Below are positions 48,780-58,777 of a stretch of 64,000 bases of DNA, piece after piece. Source of the stretch: Bdellovibrionota bacterium (GTDB lineage: Bacteria > Bdellovibrionota > UBA1018 > CAIPTA01 > JAALKR01). The DNA lies in assembly GCA_965207455.1 (NCBI GenBank), contig CBDBMJ010000001.1, positions 928,001-992,000 of the forward strand, given 5' to 3'. The notes below the pieces were generated by a model. It did not search any database, was not told the origin of the DNA, and was given only the letters and a program-made list of their open reading frames with translations. The translations under genes were made by a program, and so were the position numbers. Each line of letters starts with the position of its first letter. Within the stretch, counting starts at the first letter, position 1.

Positions 48780-50798
48780 TTAAAGATTCTTATCCACTTC
48801 AGTAATTCTGCCACTTCTAATTCTAATTTTTATTTCTGATTTATAATTTATATTGGTATTTTCAATAGTCACCGTATAATTACCCTCAGGCAGCTCATAC
48901 TTGTACTGTGGCGTATAAAGAGAAACAGGACTCCTAGCTGGATTTTCATGCCTTAATGTAATGTCAGCCCCTGGCTTAGTGAAAAAATTCAAAAATCCCA
49001 TTTTAGTTCTCCGAAAAGCTGGCTTAATTACCATAGAACCTTGCCGACCATTAAAATTATAAAGAATAGGATCATAACCTTTCTTTGATAAAATCACACT
49101 AGAAGCAATATTCCTTCTTATGGGAAATTGACTCTTTATTACCGGTGTTCTTATATTATTAACTTTAACTTTTAGGTTTTTAACCGATCCTCTAATTAAA
49201 ATATAATCAGAGTCATCCAATGCTGTGGACAAATTTTTACTGGAATCAACACTCTTTGAATTAGAGACAGCAGAAGAATCGTCAGTAGAAGAGGAATCAC
49301 CAAAACCAGACCGATCCTTTGGAAAAGCAATAACTCCATCAAGAACAGTATTTTGCGCATATTTGGTTATAAAGAAAAATGTACCTGGACTTATATGTGT
49401 AAAAGTAAAAAAGGAAAATAATAAAGCAATCAAAGAAACTAGCGCGAAATTATTTGATATAAAATCTGATATGAAAAAAGATTTTTTTCTTGAACTGTTA
49501 TTTCTTGAACGATCAGGCCCACTAAAAGTCCCAAAATTCTCTTTATCATTTTCAAAACAATCAGATTCACTGAAAACCTTGGAGTCATCTTTATCTCTAT
49601 CTTTTTCTTCTTCACTATTTTTCGAATCTGAGCTGATATTTTTGCTGATATTTTTTAAGTCAATATCTAAACCATAATCCTGTACTAAACTCCTAGATTT
49701 AGTTTGAACCATCTCCTGTATAACATCAATGGAAAATTTATGACCTGAACTTATCCCCTTTCTCTCCAGTTCAATCGTAGATTCTGAACTCTGTTCATCA
49801 GAATCTTCCAAAGATATTTTCAATGCAATTTGAAGTTTTCTCCTGTCTTTTTTAATTTCACCAGAAAATATTTTTGTAACTTGATAACTTAGATCTGCAG
49901 GATTAAATTTTGGATTATAGGAATATAAAACATTTTGAAGATCTCTCTGGAGCAAGTCCGCATCTTTGTATCGCTTATCACGATCCCTTTCTAAAACTTT
50001 CATAACAATGGCATCTAATTCAGAAGGAATAGAAGGATTGTATTTTGATGGCAGCTCAATTTCCTTGGATTGTATGTTCTGCAAGATAGCCATATCGTTC
50101 TTATCTAAAAATAAACGCTTGCAAGTAAGTAATTCCCATAATACTGTTCCTAAAGAAAAAATATCACTGCGACCATCTAACTCCATTCCCTTTGCTTGCT
50201 CCGGAGAAAGATACGCTGGTTTACCTTTAATGATACCTGCTTGAGTGACCTCAGAACTCTGAGCTTTTGCAATTCCGAAATCAAATAGTTTAACAGCTCC
50301 TTCATAACTAATCATAATATTCTGAGGAGAAACATCTCGGTGAATAATATTGGAATTTTTACCTGTCACTCGGTCACAATGGGAATGAGCATGCTTTAAG
50401 GCATGACAAACTTGAGAAATAATATAGCAAGACATATCAATGGGCAACATTAGCTTTTCATTAGCCAAGCCATTAAGAAACTCTCTGAGATTTCTACCCT
50501 CCACATACTCCATAACTAAAAAGGAAGATCCATCTATTCGAGAGTAATCATAAATTTGTATAATATTTGAGTGAGTTAAACCTGCAGTGATCTTAATTTC
50601 TTCTTCAAACATTCGAATGAAATCAGGATTTGTTGAATAATTAGCAATAATTTTTTTTACAGTTAAAATGCGCTCTGAACCATTACCTAAACTCTCAGTC
50701 AAGCAAGCACGAAAAACTTCAGCCATACCACCAATGGCAATAGAATTTAAAATGGTGTAGCGCCCAAATTTATATGGCTTGAAATTAGCTTTACTCAT
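48780..50798 (-). CDS. Hanks-type Ser/Thr protein kinase with TM segment and PEGA-like C-terminus
   Basis: Motifs GGMAEVF, HRDVSPQN, DFGIAK, YLSPEQ and SDIFSLG. Confidence 0.93.
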   Translation of the reverse strand: MSKANFKPYKFGRYTILNSIAIGGMAEVFRACLTESLGNGSERILTVKKIIANYSTNPDFIRMFEEEIKITAGLTHSNIIQIYDYSRIDGSSFLVMEYVEGRNLREFLNGLANEKLMLPIDMSCYIISQVCHALKHAHSHCDRVTGKNSNIIHRDVSPQNIMISYEGAVKLFDFGIAKAQSSEVTQAGIIKGKPAYLSPEQAKGMELDGRSDIFSLGTVLWELLTCKRLFLDKNDMAILQNIQSKEIELPSKYNPSIPSELDAIVMKVLERDRDKRYKDADLLQRDLQNVLYSYNPKFNPADLSYQVTKIFSGEIKKDRRKLQIALKISLEDSDEQSSESTIELERKGISSGHKFSIDVIQEMVQTKSRSLVQDYGLDIDLKNISKNISSDSKNSEEEKDRDKDDSKVFSESDCFENDKENFGTFSGPDRSRNNSSRKKSFFISDFISNNFALVSLIALLFSFFTFTHISPGTFFFITKYAQNTVLDGVIAFPKDRSGFGDSSSTDDSSAVSNSKSVDSSKNLSTALDDSDYILIRGSVKNLKVKVNNIRTPVIKSQFPIRRNIASSVILSKKGYDPILYNFNGRQGSMVIKPAFRRTKMGFLNFFTKPGADITLRHENPARSPVSLYTPQYKYELPEGNYTVTIENTNINYKSEIKIRIRSGRITEVDKNL

Positions 50799-50808
50799 CT
50801 TATGCTAC

Positions 50809-50836
50809 TCATCGGAGAATATTGAAAAATTCTTTA
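50809..50836 (-). promoter_or_regulatory. sigma28-like promoter
   Basis: Minus strand TAAAG-N15-TCCGATGA, 10 nt before the kinase ATG. Confidence 0.65.
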
Positions 50837-50954
50837 ATTATTCTCCATACTATTTTGAAAAAACACAGGTTTTTTACCTGCTGCCGTGGGATGCCCTCTC
50901 CTCTTACTATATTCAACAACACGGTGGCAAGTGACAAACGTACTACAGCAAAAA

Positions 50955-51611
50955 TTAGTAATCTAATTTTACCCCAGCTAAAAGACCCTCACCAGTGGGA
51001 AGCATCGTAGAAGAAAAATTAGGATGGGTAGCCACAGCTTGGTTAAATGCCCTTAAATCTTGGACTACTTTTTTCTCCTGAGATGAAGCAATACCACCAA
51101 AGGCAAAGCAATTATCTGCCAATAACAAACCACCTGGTCGCAAATTTTCTAACGACCAGTAAAAATAAGCCAAGTAGTTTGCCTTATCCGCATCTATAAA
51201 AACTAAATCAAAGGGTCCTTCCTTTTCAATTGTCGGCAGAACTTTCAAGGCCTCTCCCTCTAGAATACGAACCCTGTTGCCACAGCCAGCTTTCTCAAAA
51301 TTATCCCTAGCCACCTCAATATGCTTCTTGCTCTTTTCCAACGTATAGAGATAACCATCATCTCCCATTCCCCGTAACAGGCAAATCCCAGAATAACCAG
51401 CCAGTGTTCCAAACTCCACTGCCTTTTTAGCACCGCACAGTCTGGCCAATACTTCCAAATGCCGCCCATCCATAGCCCCCACTTGAATCTCTGGCAAACC
51501 CGCCACCCGAGTGGCTTTCTTCACATCCATAAGCAAAGCATCCACAGGCATAAATAAATTCTCCACATAATTGGCTATCTCTTGTCCATTATCCATAAAA
51601 TCTTTGTCCAT
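50955..51611 (-). CDS. O-methyltransferase (Methyltransf_3 family)
   Basis: Motifs EFGTLAGYS, FDLVFIDADK and RPGGLLLADN. Confidence 0.9.
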   Translation of the reverse strand: MDKDFMDNGQEIANYVENLFMPVDALLMDVKKATRVAGLPEIQVGAMDGRHLEVLARLCGAKKAVEFGTLAGYSGICLLRGMGDDGYLYTLEKSKKHIEVARDNFEKAGCGNRVRILEGEALKVLPTIEKEGPFDLVFIDADKANYLAYFYWSLENLRPGGLLLADNCFAFGGIASSQEKKVVQDLRAFNQAVATHPNFSSTMLPTGEGLLAGVKLDY

Positions 51612-51643
51612 TCTTCCTATCCCTGCTACACTCTCGGTTGACT

Positions 51644-52201
51644 ATGGCAAAAACACCATCCACCATGCTTGAAATTAACACAAAGGCACCCGACTTCCAA
51701 CTTCCAGACACGAATGGAAAAATATACTCCCTTAGGGATTTTAAAAATGCCCCCACCCTACTCGTAATGTTTATTTGCAACCATTGCCCTTTTGTAAAAC
51801 ATATTCGAGGGGAATTAGCGTCCATGGGAAAAGAGTACCAAAAGAAAGGCGCAGCAATTGTGGCCATTAACTCCAATGACTTTGAGCAATACCCCGAAGA
51901 CTCCCCTGCGAAAATGAAAGAAGAAATTGCAAACGCAGGCTATACCTTTCCCTATTTAGTGGACCAAACCCAAGCTGTAGCAAAAGCCTACAAAGCTGCT
52001 TGCACCCCGGATTTTTTCCTCTTTAATCATAATCAGGAACTCATCTATCGAGGACGACTGGACGACAGTAGCCCCGGGAACAACCAGCCCGTCACGGGAA
52101 AAGATTTACGAAGTGCCCTAGACCAAGCTCTCCAAAGAAAAGCACCCGAGTCCAAACAACTACCCAGTTGGGGCTGTAATATTAAGTGGCGCTCTTCTTA
52201 A
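51644..52201 (+). CDS. Thioredoxin/AhpC-TSA family protein
   Basis: Motifs FICNHCPFV, AACTPDFF, YRGRLDD and GCNIKW. Confidence 0.92.
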   Translation: MAKTPSTMLEINTKAPDFQLPDTNGKIYSLRDFKNAPTLLVMFICNHCPFVKHIRGELASMGKEYQKKGAAIVAINSNDFEQYPEDSPAKMKEEIANAGYTFPYLVDQTQAVAKAYKAACTPDFFLFNHNQELIYRGRLDDSSPGNNQPVTGKDLRSALDQALQRKAPESKQLPSWGCNIKWRSS

Positions 52202-52756
52202 AATTGAAAGAAAATATTCATGGAAATAATTTCCTCGAGAAAGCTCGGGATGAAAAGCAGTGACGATATGGCGACCTTCCTCTAAAAAAACTACCTCTCC
52301 TTGGCAACGCCCAAGAACCTTTACCCCTTTTCCCCAGGACACAAATTTAGGCGCACGAATAAACAATCCATCCTGTGGATGGGGAAACTCACCCTCGATA
52401 ACCTCTAAAAAACTCTCTCGCTGCCTTCCATAAGCGTTTCGCTTCACCGTAATATCCATCCAAGAAAAAGGCCTAACTAATGATTCCTCCTCTACATCTT
52501 TAGCCATAAGAATAGACCCTGCACACACACCCCAAAAAGGAATCTCTTGCGCTTTTTCTTGTAAGCTATTTTCAAAACCCAATAGACGAATTAAACGACT
52601 GATAGTAGTACTCTCTCCTCCCGGCAATACCAAACCTTGAACCCCATTCAATTGACTGGGACGATTAATAGCAATGGCCTTTACACCTTGGAGCAAGTGA
52701 AAATGGTCAATATGGGCTTGCACACAACCCTGTAGAGCCAGAACCCCTACTAACAT
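52160..52756 (-). CDS. pdxT: Pyridoxal 5'-phosphate synthase glutaminase subunit
   Basis: Motifs GVLALQG, PGGESTT, CAG, RNAYGRQ, FIRAP and FHPEL. Confidence 0.95.
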   Translation of the reverse strand: MLVGVLALQGCVQAHIDHFHLLQGVKAIAINRPSQLNGVQGLVLPGGESTTISRLIRLLGFENSLQEKAQEIPFWGVCAGSILMAKDVEEESLVRPFSWMDITVKRNAYGRQRESFLEVIEGEFPHPQDGLFIRAPKFVSWGKGVKVLGRCQGEVVFLEEGRHIVTAFHPELSRGNYFHEYFLSILRRAPLNITAPTG

Positions 52757-53653
52757 TTACCAACCGCGGGAAGCTAGTCTGTCGGAAGGTATGATTTTTT
52801 TATTCTCCACACCACTCATGGGCTTGGGTAAGCCTGAGGCTGCTTCTAAAAGAGATGGCGCGTGATTAAACTGAGCCACTGCTTTTACAATAGCCTCTGC
52901 CCTTTTCCTAGCCTCCTCTGGAGTTCCCTCAGCAAAAATTCCAGAACCCACAAAAACAGACTCTGCTCCTAACTGCATCATCAGAGCTGCGTCGGCAGGT
53001 GTGGCCACTCCGCCAGCAGAAAAATTAGGAACGGGAAGGCGACCCATCGTAGCGGTTCGTTCCACTAAATCTAGGGGTGCTTGGAGTTCCTTAGCCATGG
53101 CATAACGCTCATGGGAGTCCTTTGTTTTTAAGGTTCGAATCTCACCCATCAAGCAACGCATATGCCTTACGGCTTCCAGCACGTCCCCAGTGCCTGCTTC
53201 TCCTTTTGTACGAATCAGGCTGGCACCCTCTGCAATTCGACGAAGGGCCTCTCCCAAATTTGTACAGCCACAAACAAAAGGCACCGTAAAGGCACGCTTA
53301 TCAATGTGGTGAACATCGTCGGCAGGTGTGAGCACCTCACTCTCATCAATAAAATCCACACCTAACTCTTCCAAGATCTGCGCCTCCACAAAGTGACCAA
53401 TTCTGCACTTTGCCATCACGGGAATACTCAGTGTTTCCATAATTTCTTTCACCATCTTTGGATCACTCATACGAGCCACTCCACCGTGCTGGCGAATGAG
53501 GCTGGGGATGCGTTCCAGTGCCATAACAGCAACGGCTCCTGCTTGCTCCGCAATCTTTGCCTGCTCCACATTCATAACGTCCATGATTACGCCACCTTTG
53601 AGCATCTCGGCTAAAGCTCTACCTTCAAAATTTTTTTCTACATTTGCTTCCAT
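52757..53653 (-). CDS. pdxS: Pyridoxal 5'-phosphate synthase lyase subunit
   Basis: Motifs [36 protein letters not shown] and C-terminal RGW. Confidence 0.97.
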   Translation of the reverse strand: MEANVEKNFEGRALAEMLKGGVIMDVMNVEQAKIAEQAGAVAVMALERIPSLIRQHGGVARMSDPKMVKEIMETLSIPVMAKCRIGHFVEAQILEELGVDFIDESEVLTPADDVHHIDKRAFTVPFVCGCTNLGEALRRIAEGASLIRTKGEAGTGDVLEAVRHMRCLMGEIRTLKTKDSHERYAMAKELQAPLDLVERTATMGRLPVPNFSAGGVATPADAALMMQLGAESVFVGSGIFAEGTPEEARKRAEAIVKAVAQFNHAPSLLEAASGLPKPMSGVENKKIIPSDRLASRGW

Positions 53654-53771
53654 ATGTTTTCCTTTCTCCTCTACCCTTTGTACTCTAAGGACAAACATCC
53701 CTGCAAAGGAAAAAAACGATTTTCTCCTTTTTATTGTCAATATGGACGTTTACTTAGAGGCAATATGGAGT

Positions 53772-53993
53772 TTACGTAGAGGTTTGGGATAATTTTTCCC
53801 TGCGTTCTCGGATCTGTCCTGTCATTAAACCCATAGCAGCCGTCGCCTTTTCCAATTTAGACACAAGTATAGGATCGATATTGGGTGCCACCTTAATGTG
53901 ACTCACAACGGCGTCCACCATACCCAAAGCCACCATCAACGGACTGGAAATATCATGTAAAAACCTTCGCTCTTCTTTTAAATGTTCTATCAT
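53772..53993 (-). CDS. Stand-alone HisKA/DHp-like microprotein (73 aa)
   Basis: H-box FLHDISSPL followed by two helices; RBS GAGGGG; no ATPase domain. Confidence 0.7.
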   Translation of the reverse strand: MIEHLKEERRFLHDISSPLMVALGMVDAVVSHIKVAPNIDPILVSKLEKATAAMGLMTGQIRERREKLSQTST

Positions 53994-54033
53994 TGTTGCC
54001 CCCCTCTTAATTGTTGATCCCCTCTAGTGATAC

Positions 54034-54061
54034 TCTTCGGAAGGAAGGGCGAAGTTCTAAA
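54034..54061 (-). promoter_or_regulatory. sigma28-like promoter
   Basis: Minus strand TTTAG-N15-TCCGAAGA upstream of the HisKA microprotein. Confidence 0.55.
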
Positions 54062-54088
54062 ACACGCAAAACATGCAAAACACGCAAA
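54059..54088. repeat. 9-bp tandem repeat AAAACACGC x3
   Basis: aaaacacgc aaaacatgc aaaacacgc aaa. Confidence 0.85.
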
Positions 54089-54104
54089 GGGAGAAGAAAG
54101 GGGT

Positions 54105-54419
54105 TTATTTCAGAAAAGAACCTGTTTTTTTAAAGACACGCAAGCGCTTTCCATCTTTGAATTCTATACCTAGGCGTGCTCCTCGATTAGTCTTTGGATC
54201 CACAGCCAATACATTGGAAAAATCCAGAGGAGCTTCCTTCTCAATGATTCCTCCCTGAGGAAGTTTTTGTGTGGGCTTCGTATGACGCTTTACCTTATTT
54301 ACTCCCTCCACTAGAAAACGCTTTTCTTGGAAGTAAACTTTTAAAATTTTCCCCTGCTTGCCCTTGTTTTTCCCAGCAATTACTTCTACTAGGTCGCCTT
54401 TTTTTAATCTCCAACTCAT
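54105..54419 (-). CDS. rplX: 50S ribosomal protein L24
   Basis: KOW motif KKGDLVEVIAGKNKGKQG, plus VEGVN and GGIIEKEAP..SNV. Confidence 0.95.
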   Translation of the reverse strand: MSWRLKKGDLVEVIAGKNKGKQGKILKVYFQEKRFLVEGVNKVKRHTKPTQKLPQGGIIEKEAPLDFSNVLAVDPKTNRGARLGIEFKDGKRLRVFKKTGSFLK

Positions 54420-54434
54420 AATCTTTTCTCTCTC

Positions 54435-54650
54435 TTAATACGTGCCGTTTGGAAGCAGGGCGATTTGACGAGCACGTTTTACTGCCCTCACCATGCTACG
54501 TTGCTGTTTTGCCGTCAGGCGATTGGTTCGCACGGAAGTAATTTTACCTCCCTGACTAAGAAACTGTTGTAAAAAACTCACATCTTTGTAGTCAAATACA
54601 ACATCCCTATCCACCTTTTGACGACGCCTTGTAAAACCCATATCTCCCAT
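54435..54650 (-). CDS. rpsR: 30S ribosomal protein S18 (cysteine-free form)
   Basis: DYKDV..L..F....GKI, and KQQR....AVKRARQIALLP. Confidence 0.92.
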   Translation of the reverse strand: MGDMGFTRRRQKVDRDVVFDYKDVSFLQQFLSQGGKITSVRTNRLTAKQQRSMVRAVKRARQIALLPNGTY

Positions 54651-54872
54651 AAATAATGCTCCTAAAAAATGCTAAACTACTATTCAGTTGACCATATTAC
54701 ACGCATACGCTGTTTTACGCAAACAATACACGTCTTTTTAGAATTTTTTTAACAAGAGTGAAATAGTTGGTCTTTATGAAAAATAAAAATGACATACATA
54801 GCGTGTAAAAAACCTAGTTTCTGGAAAAATCTTATTAGCTAGTCTATTATTAAAGGAGTAGAGAAAAAATAT

Positions 54873-57626
54873 ATGAACGATCTCAGCTATACATCTCCCG
54901 AAAACGCCAAATATATGGAGGAACTCTTCCATAGCTTCCAAAAAAATCCAGACTCCATCGATCCCGACTGGAAGCGATTTTTTGAAGGAATGGAGTTTGG
55001 CTATCGCCTATCCCCCAGACCCCGCTCCGGTGGAAAAACTGTGGAAAAGACCACAGAAAAGACCATAGAAAAAGAGCAACAGGTGCTTGCCCTTATTGAA
55101 GCCTATCGAGACAGGGGCCACTCCCAAGCACAAGTAAATCCCCTAAAAACCTCTCCTTCCAATCCAGATTTTGCCTTGGAAAAATTTACCCTCTCCTCCC
55201 AAGACCTTTCCACACCCTTTTCAGCTGGGTCCAAAATCAACCGCCCCAATGCCACCCTCCAGGAAATTATCACCCACTTAGAAAAAGCCTATTGTGGAAC
55301 CATTACCGTGGAATCCACGGGCCTCCCCTCAGAACTACACCAATGGATTACCCATGAATTTGAATCCCCCCAACATCTTTTCAATACGGAAGATAAATTG
55401 GAAATACTCAAGGATTTAAACGCCACTGAAGCATTGGAACATTTTTTCCATAGCCGATTTGTGGGCATGAAGCGATTCTCCATTGAAGGCGCGGATGCCC
55501 TGATTACCATGCTGGAATCTCTAGTCCATCAGGGCGTACAAGGTGAACTCAAAGAAATTGTTTTAGGCATGGCCCACCGGGGTCGTATCAATGTATTAAC
55601 AAATTTTATGGGCAAGGCCTTAGAGCTTGTTTTTGCAGAGTTTGATGGACATTACAGTCCAGAAACATCGTATGCCGATGGTGATGTGAAATACCATATG
55701 GGTTTTTCCACGGATAAAGAAGCAGAGCACGGCACTTGTCATATTTCTTTAGCATTTAACCCAAGCCACCTAGAAGCGGTTACTCCAGTGGTCATTGGTA
55801 CGGTACGAGCCAAGCAAAGAATCCGAAAAGACTCGGACAGAAAACAAGTACTGCCCATTCTTATTCATGGAGACGCAGCCCTTATTGCCCAAGGAGTAGT
55901 GAGCGAAACACTCCAACTCTCCCAACTACCCGGCTACCGGGTGGGAGGTTCCATTCATATTGTACTCAATAATCAAATTGGTTTTACTACTGATCCCAAC
56001 CACGCCCGGAGTACTACCTATTGTACCGATGTTGCGAAACAACTCAACACTCCTATTATTCATGTGAATGGAGACGATGTGGAGGCTTGTATTCGAGCTA
56101 TGAATATTGCCTACCGGTTTCGAGAAAAATTCTCCAAAGATATTGTGATCGACATGATTTGCTATCGTCGCCATGGACACAATGAAGGAGATGAGCCTGC
56201 CTTTACCCAACCCCTACTCTATAAAAAAATTAAGGCTCACCCCACGCTTCGACAAATCTATGGAAAAAAACTAACTGAGGAAGAAATTCTCACAGAAAAG
56301 AATTTTACAGAGATGTACGATAAAGAGCTTGCCCATCTCCAAGCATTTTTGGAAAAAAGCAGAAAAACAAAAATGAAGATCCACTTTGAAACCTTGGGAG
56401 GTGCATGGACGGGACTTAGACGTTCCACACCCCAAGACTTTGAAACCTCAGTGGCCACAGAAGTTCCTTCCAATCGTCTACAGGAAATTACCCAGTCCAT
56501 AACAAAATTACCTGAAAACTTTAAAGTGCTCTCCAAACTGCAACGAATCATCGATGCCCGATCTAAAATGATAGACACGGGAAAAATCGACTGGGGAATG
56601 GGGGAACTCCTCACGTATGGATCATTAGTACAAGAGGGAACGATTGTTCGCCTATCGGGGCAGGATGTGGAACGGGGGACATTTAGCCACCGCCATGCCA
56701 TCTATACAGACTGCGAAACGGGTGAAAAACATAACCCTCTTAACAACATAAACTCTAATGCTAAGTTTTATATTTATAACAGCCCCCTATCTGAGTATGC
56801 GGTTTTAGGCTTTGAATTTGGAAACTCCACCACAGACCCAAGAGCGCTGACTATCTGGGAAGCTCAATTTGGGGATTTCGCCAATGGGGCACAAATCATT
56901 ATCGATCAATTTCTCTGTAGTGCAGAATCAAAATGGCAACGAATGAGCGGGCTAGTGCTACTCCTCCCCCACGGTTATGAGGGTCAAGGTCCGGAGCACT
57001 CCAACGCTCGTCCGGAAAGATTTCTCCAATTATGTGCCCAATATAATATGCAGGTTTGTAACCTAACCACACCTGCTCAGTTCTTCCATGCCCTACGACG
57101 ACAGGTAAAGAGAGATTTCCGAAAACCACTGATAATTATGTCTCCCAAGGCCCTCCTTCGTCACCCTAAGGTTGTTTCCACAATAGACGATTTTGAAAAC
57201 AAACGATTCCAGGAAATAATTCCTGATAAAGAGGTGGGCGCTAGAAAAGTGAAACGATGTATTCTCACGTCAGGAAAAATCTTTTATGAAATATACAACG
57301 AAAGGGAAAAACAGGAGAAAAAAAGCGACACCGCCATTATTCGCATAGAACAATACTATCCGTTCCCCACATCACAACTCCTACAACAATTAAAAAGATT
57401 CAACCAAATTGAAGAACTGATATGGGCCCAAGAGGAGCCAAGAAATATGGGTCCCTATTCTTTTGTGTCCCCTCTTATATCCAATGTAATTTCTCGACTC
57501 CAAAATAAACCCAAAAAATTCCGCTATGTGGGACGATCCGATCGATCCAGTCCTGCTATCGGTACCAATCAACTACATAAACAAGAACAGGAAGAAATCA
57601 TAAAGGGGTGTTTTAGTGAAAATTGA
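54873..57626 (+). CDS. sucA: 2-oxoglutarate dehydrogenase E1
   Basis: Motifs [35 protein letters not shown] and [13 protein letters not shown]. Confidence 0.97.
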   Translation: MNDLSYTSPENAKYMEELFHSFQKNPDSIDPDWKRFFEGMEFGYRLSPRPRSGGKTVEKTTEKTIEKEQQVLALIEAYRDRGHSQAQVNPLKTSPSNPDFALEKFTLSSQDLSTPFSAGSKINRPNATLQEIITHLEKAYCGTITVESTGLPSELHQWITHEFESPQHLFNTEDKLEILKDLNATEALEHFFHSRFVGMKRFSIEGADALITMLESLVHQGVQGELKEIVLGMAHRGRINVLTNFMGKALELVFAEFDGHYSPETSYADGDVKYHMGFSTDKEAEHGTCHISLAFNPSHLEAVTPVVIGTVRAKQRIRKDSDRKQVLPILIHGDAALIAQGVVSETLQLSQLPGYRVGGSIHIVLNNQIGFTTDPNHARSTTYCTDVAKQLNTPIIHVNGDDVEACIRAMNIAYRFREKFSKDIVIDMICYRRHGHNEGDEPAFTQPLLYKKIKAHPTLRQIYGKKLTEEEILTEKNFTEMYDKELAHLQAFLEKSRKTKMKIHFETLGGAWTGLRRSTPQDFETSVATEVPSNRLQEITQSITKLPENFKVLSKLQRIIDARSKMIDTGKIDWGMGELLTYGSLVQEGTIVRLSGQDVERGTFSHRHAIYTDCETGEKHNPLNNINSNAKFYIYNSPLSEYAVLGFEFGNSTTDPRALTIWEAQFGDFANGAQIIIDQFLCSAESKWQRMSGLVLLLPHGYEGQGPEHSNARPERFLQLCAQYNMQVCNLTTPAQFFHALRRQVKRDFRKPLIIMSPKALLRHPKVVSTIDDFENKRFQEIIPDKEVGARKVKRCILTSGKIFYEIYNEREKQEKKSDTAIIRIEQYYPFPTSQLLQQLKRFNQIEELIWAQEEPRNMGPYSFVSPLISNVISRLQNKPKKFRYVGRSDRSSPAIGTNQLHKQEQEEIIKGCFSEN

Positions 57627-58770
57627 AATTAAAGTACCAAACGTGGGAGAATCCATTGTGGAAGCCACCATTGAAGAGTGGTTTAAACAGTCAGGAGACC
57701 TCGTACAACAAAACGAAGTTTTATTCACCCTAGAAACGGATAAAGCAAACGTGGAGGTGCAGGCCGAGAAAAGTGGTGTGCTGGAAATTACAAAGGAAGC
57801 TGGCAGCACCGTACCCATAGGTTCCACTGTCGCTTTCCTTGACCCCGAGGGGAAAAAATCCTCCCCCAGTACAGAAACAGACACACCGCTAAGCCCATCG
57901 GTCCGACGAATTGTCGCAGAGAAAAACCTAGACCCTAAGACAATACCAGGAACAGGTAAGGGCGGACGAATCACCAAACAGGATGCCATAGGCACGGGTT
58001 CGATTCCCACCGCCCGCTCCAAAGAACCTACCAAACCTGCCCCCATCCCCTCCATAAATCAAGCTGAAAAAGGAGATGTGGAACGAGTAAAAATGTCTAC
58101 GATTCGAAAACGTATTGGACAACGTCTCCTAGAGGCCCAATACAATGCTGCCATCCTTACCACATTTAATGAAATTGATATGAGCGCAGTGATGGAACTA
58201 CGAAAACGATATAAGGAAGACTTTCAAAAACGCTATGGAGTAAAACTAGGCTTTATGAGTTTTTTTACAAAAGGTTGCGTGGAAGCCTTGCGAGCTTTCC
58301 CAGACGTTAATGCCTTTATTGATGGTGAGGATATACTCTACCACCACTATTATAATATCGGTATCGCCGTGGGCGCACCCAAAGGTCTCATAGTACCTGT
58401 GGTTAAGAACGCACAAGATATGAATCTAGCAGAAATAGAATCCACCATACGAGGCTTCGCTACCCGTGCAGCAGAAAATAAACTCACCATCCAAGAAATG
58501 AGTGGAGGAACGTTTACCATTAGTAATGGAGGCACATACGGTTCACTACTGTCCACGCCCATACTCAATCCGCCCCAAAGTGCAATACTGGGAATGCATA
58601 AAATTCAGGATCGTCCCATTGCTGTGCAAGGGAGAGTGGAGATTCGTCCCATGATGTATCTGGCCCTTTCCTACGATCATCGAATTATTGATGGAAAAGG
58701 CGCTGTGAGTTTTCTTGTGAAATTAAAAGAAGTACTGGAAGACCCCACCCGACTATTACTGGGAGTATGA
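57616..58770 (+). CDS. sucB: Dihydrolipoyllysine-residue succinyltransferase E2
   Basis: Lipoyl motif ETDKA, E3-binding [12 protein letters not shown], and [11 protein letters not shown]. Confidence 0.96.
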   Translation: MKIEIKVPNVGESIVEATIEEWFKQSGDLVQQNEVLFTLETDKANVEVQAEKSGVLEITKEAGSTVPIGSTVAFLDPEGKKSSPSTETDTPLSPSVRRIVAEKNLDPKTIPGTGKGGRITKQDAIGTGSIPTARSKEPTKPAPIPSINQAEKGDVERVKMSTIRKRIGQRLLEAQYNAAILTTFNEIDMSAVMELRKRYKEDFQKRYGVKLGFMSFFTKGCVEALRAFPDVNAFIDGEDILYHHYYNIGIAVGAPKGLIVPVVKNAQDMNLAEIESTIRGFATRAAENKLTIQEMSGGTFTISNGGTYGSLLSTPILNPPQSAILGMHKIQDRPIAVQGRVEIRPMMYLALSYDHRIIDGKGAVSFLVKLKEVLEDPTRLLLGV

Positions 58771-58777
58771 GGAAGAG

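Noticed and set aside
57573..58055. 160-aa antisense ORF, and the many other 60-150 aa ORFs nested in assigned genes
   Set aside because: They overlap well-supported genes such as sucB, have no motifs or RBS, and are treated as shadow ORFs.
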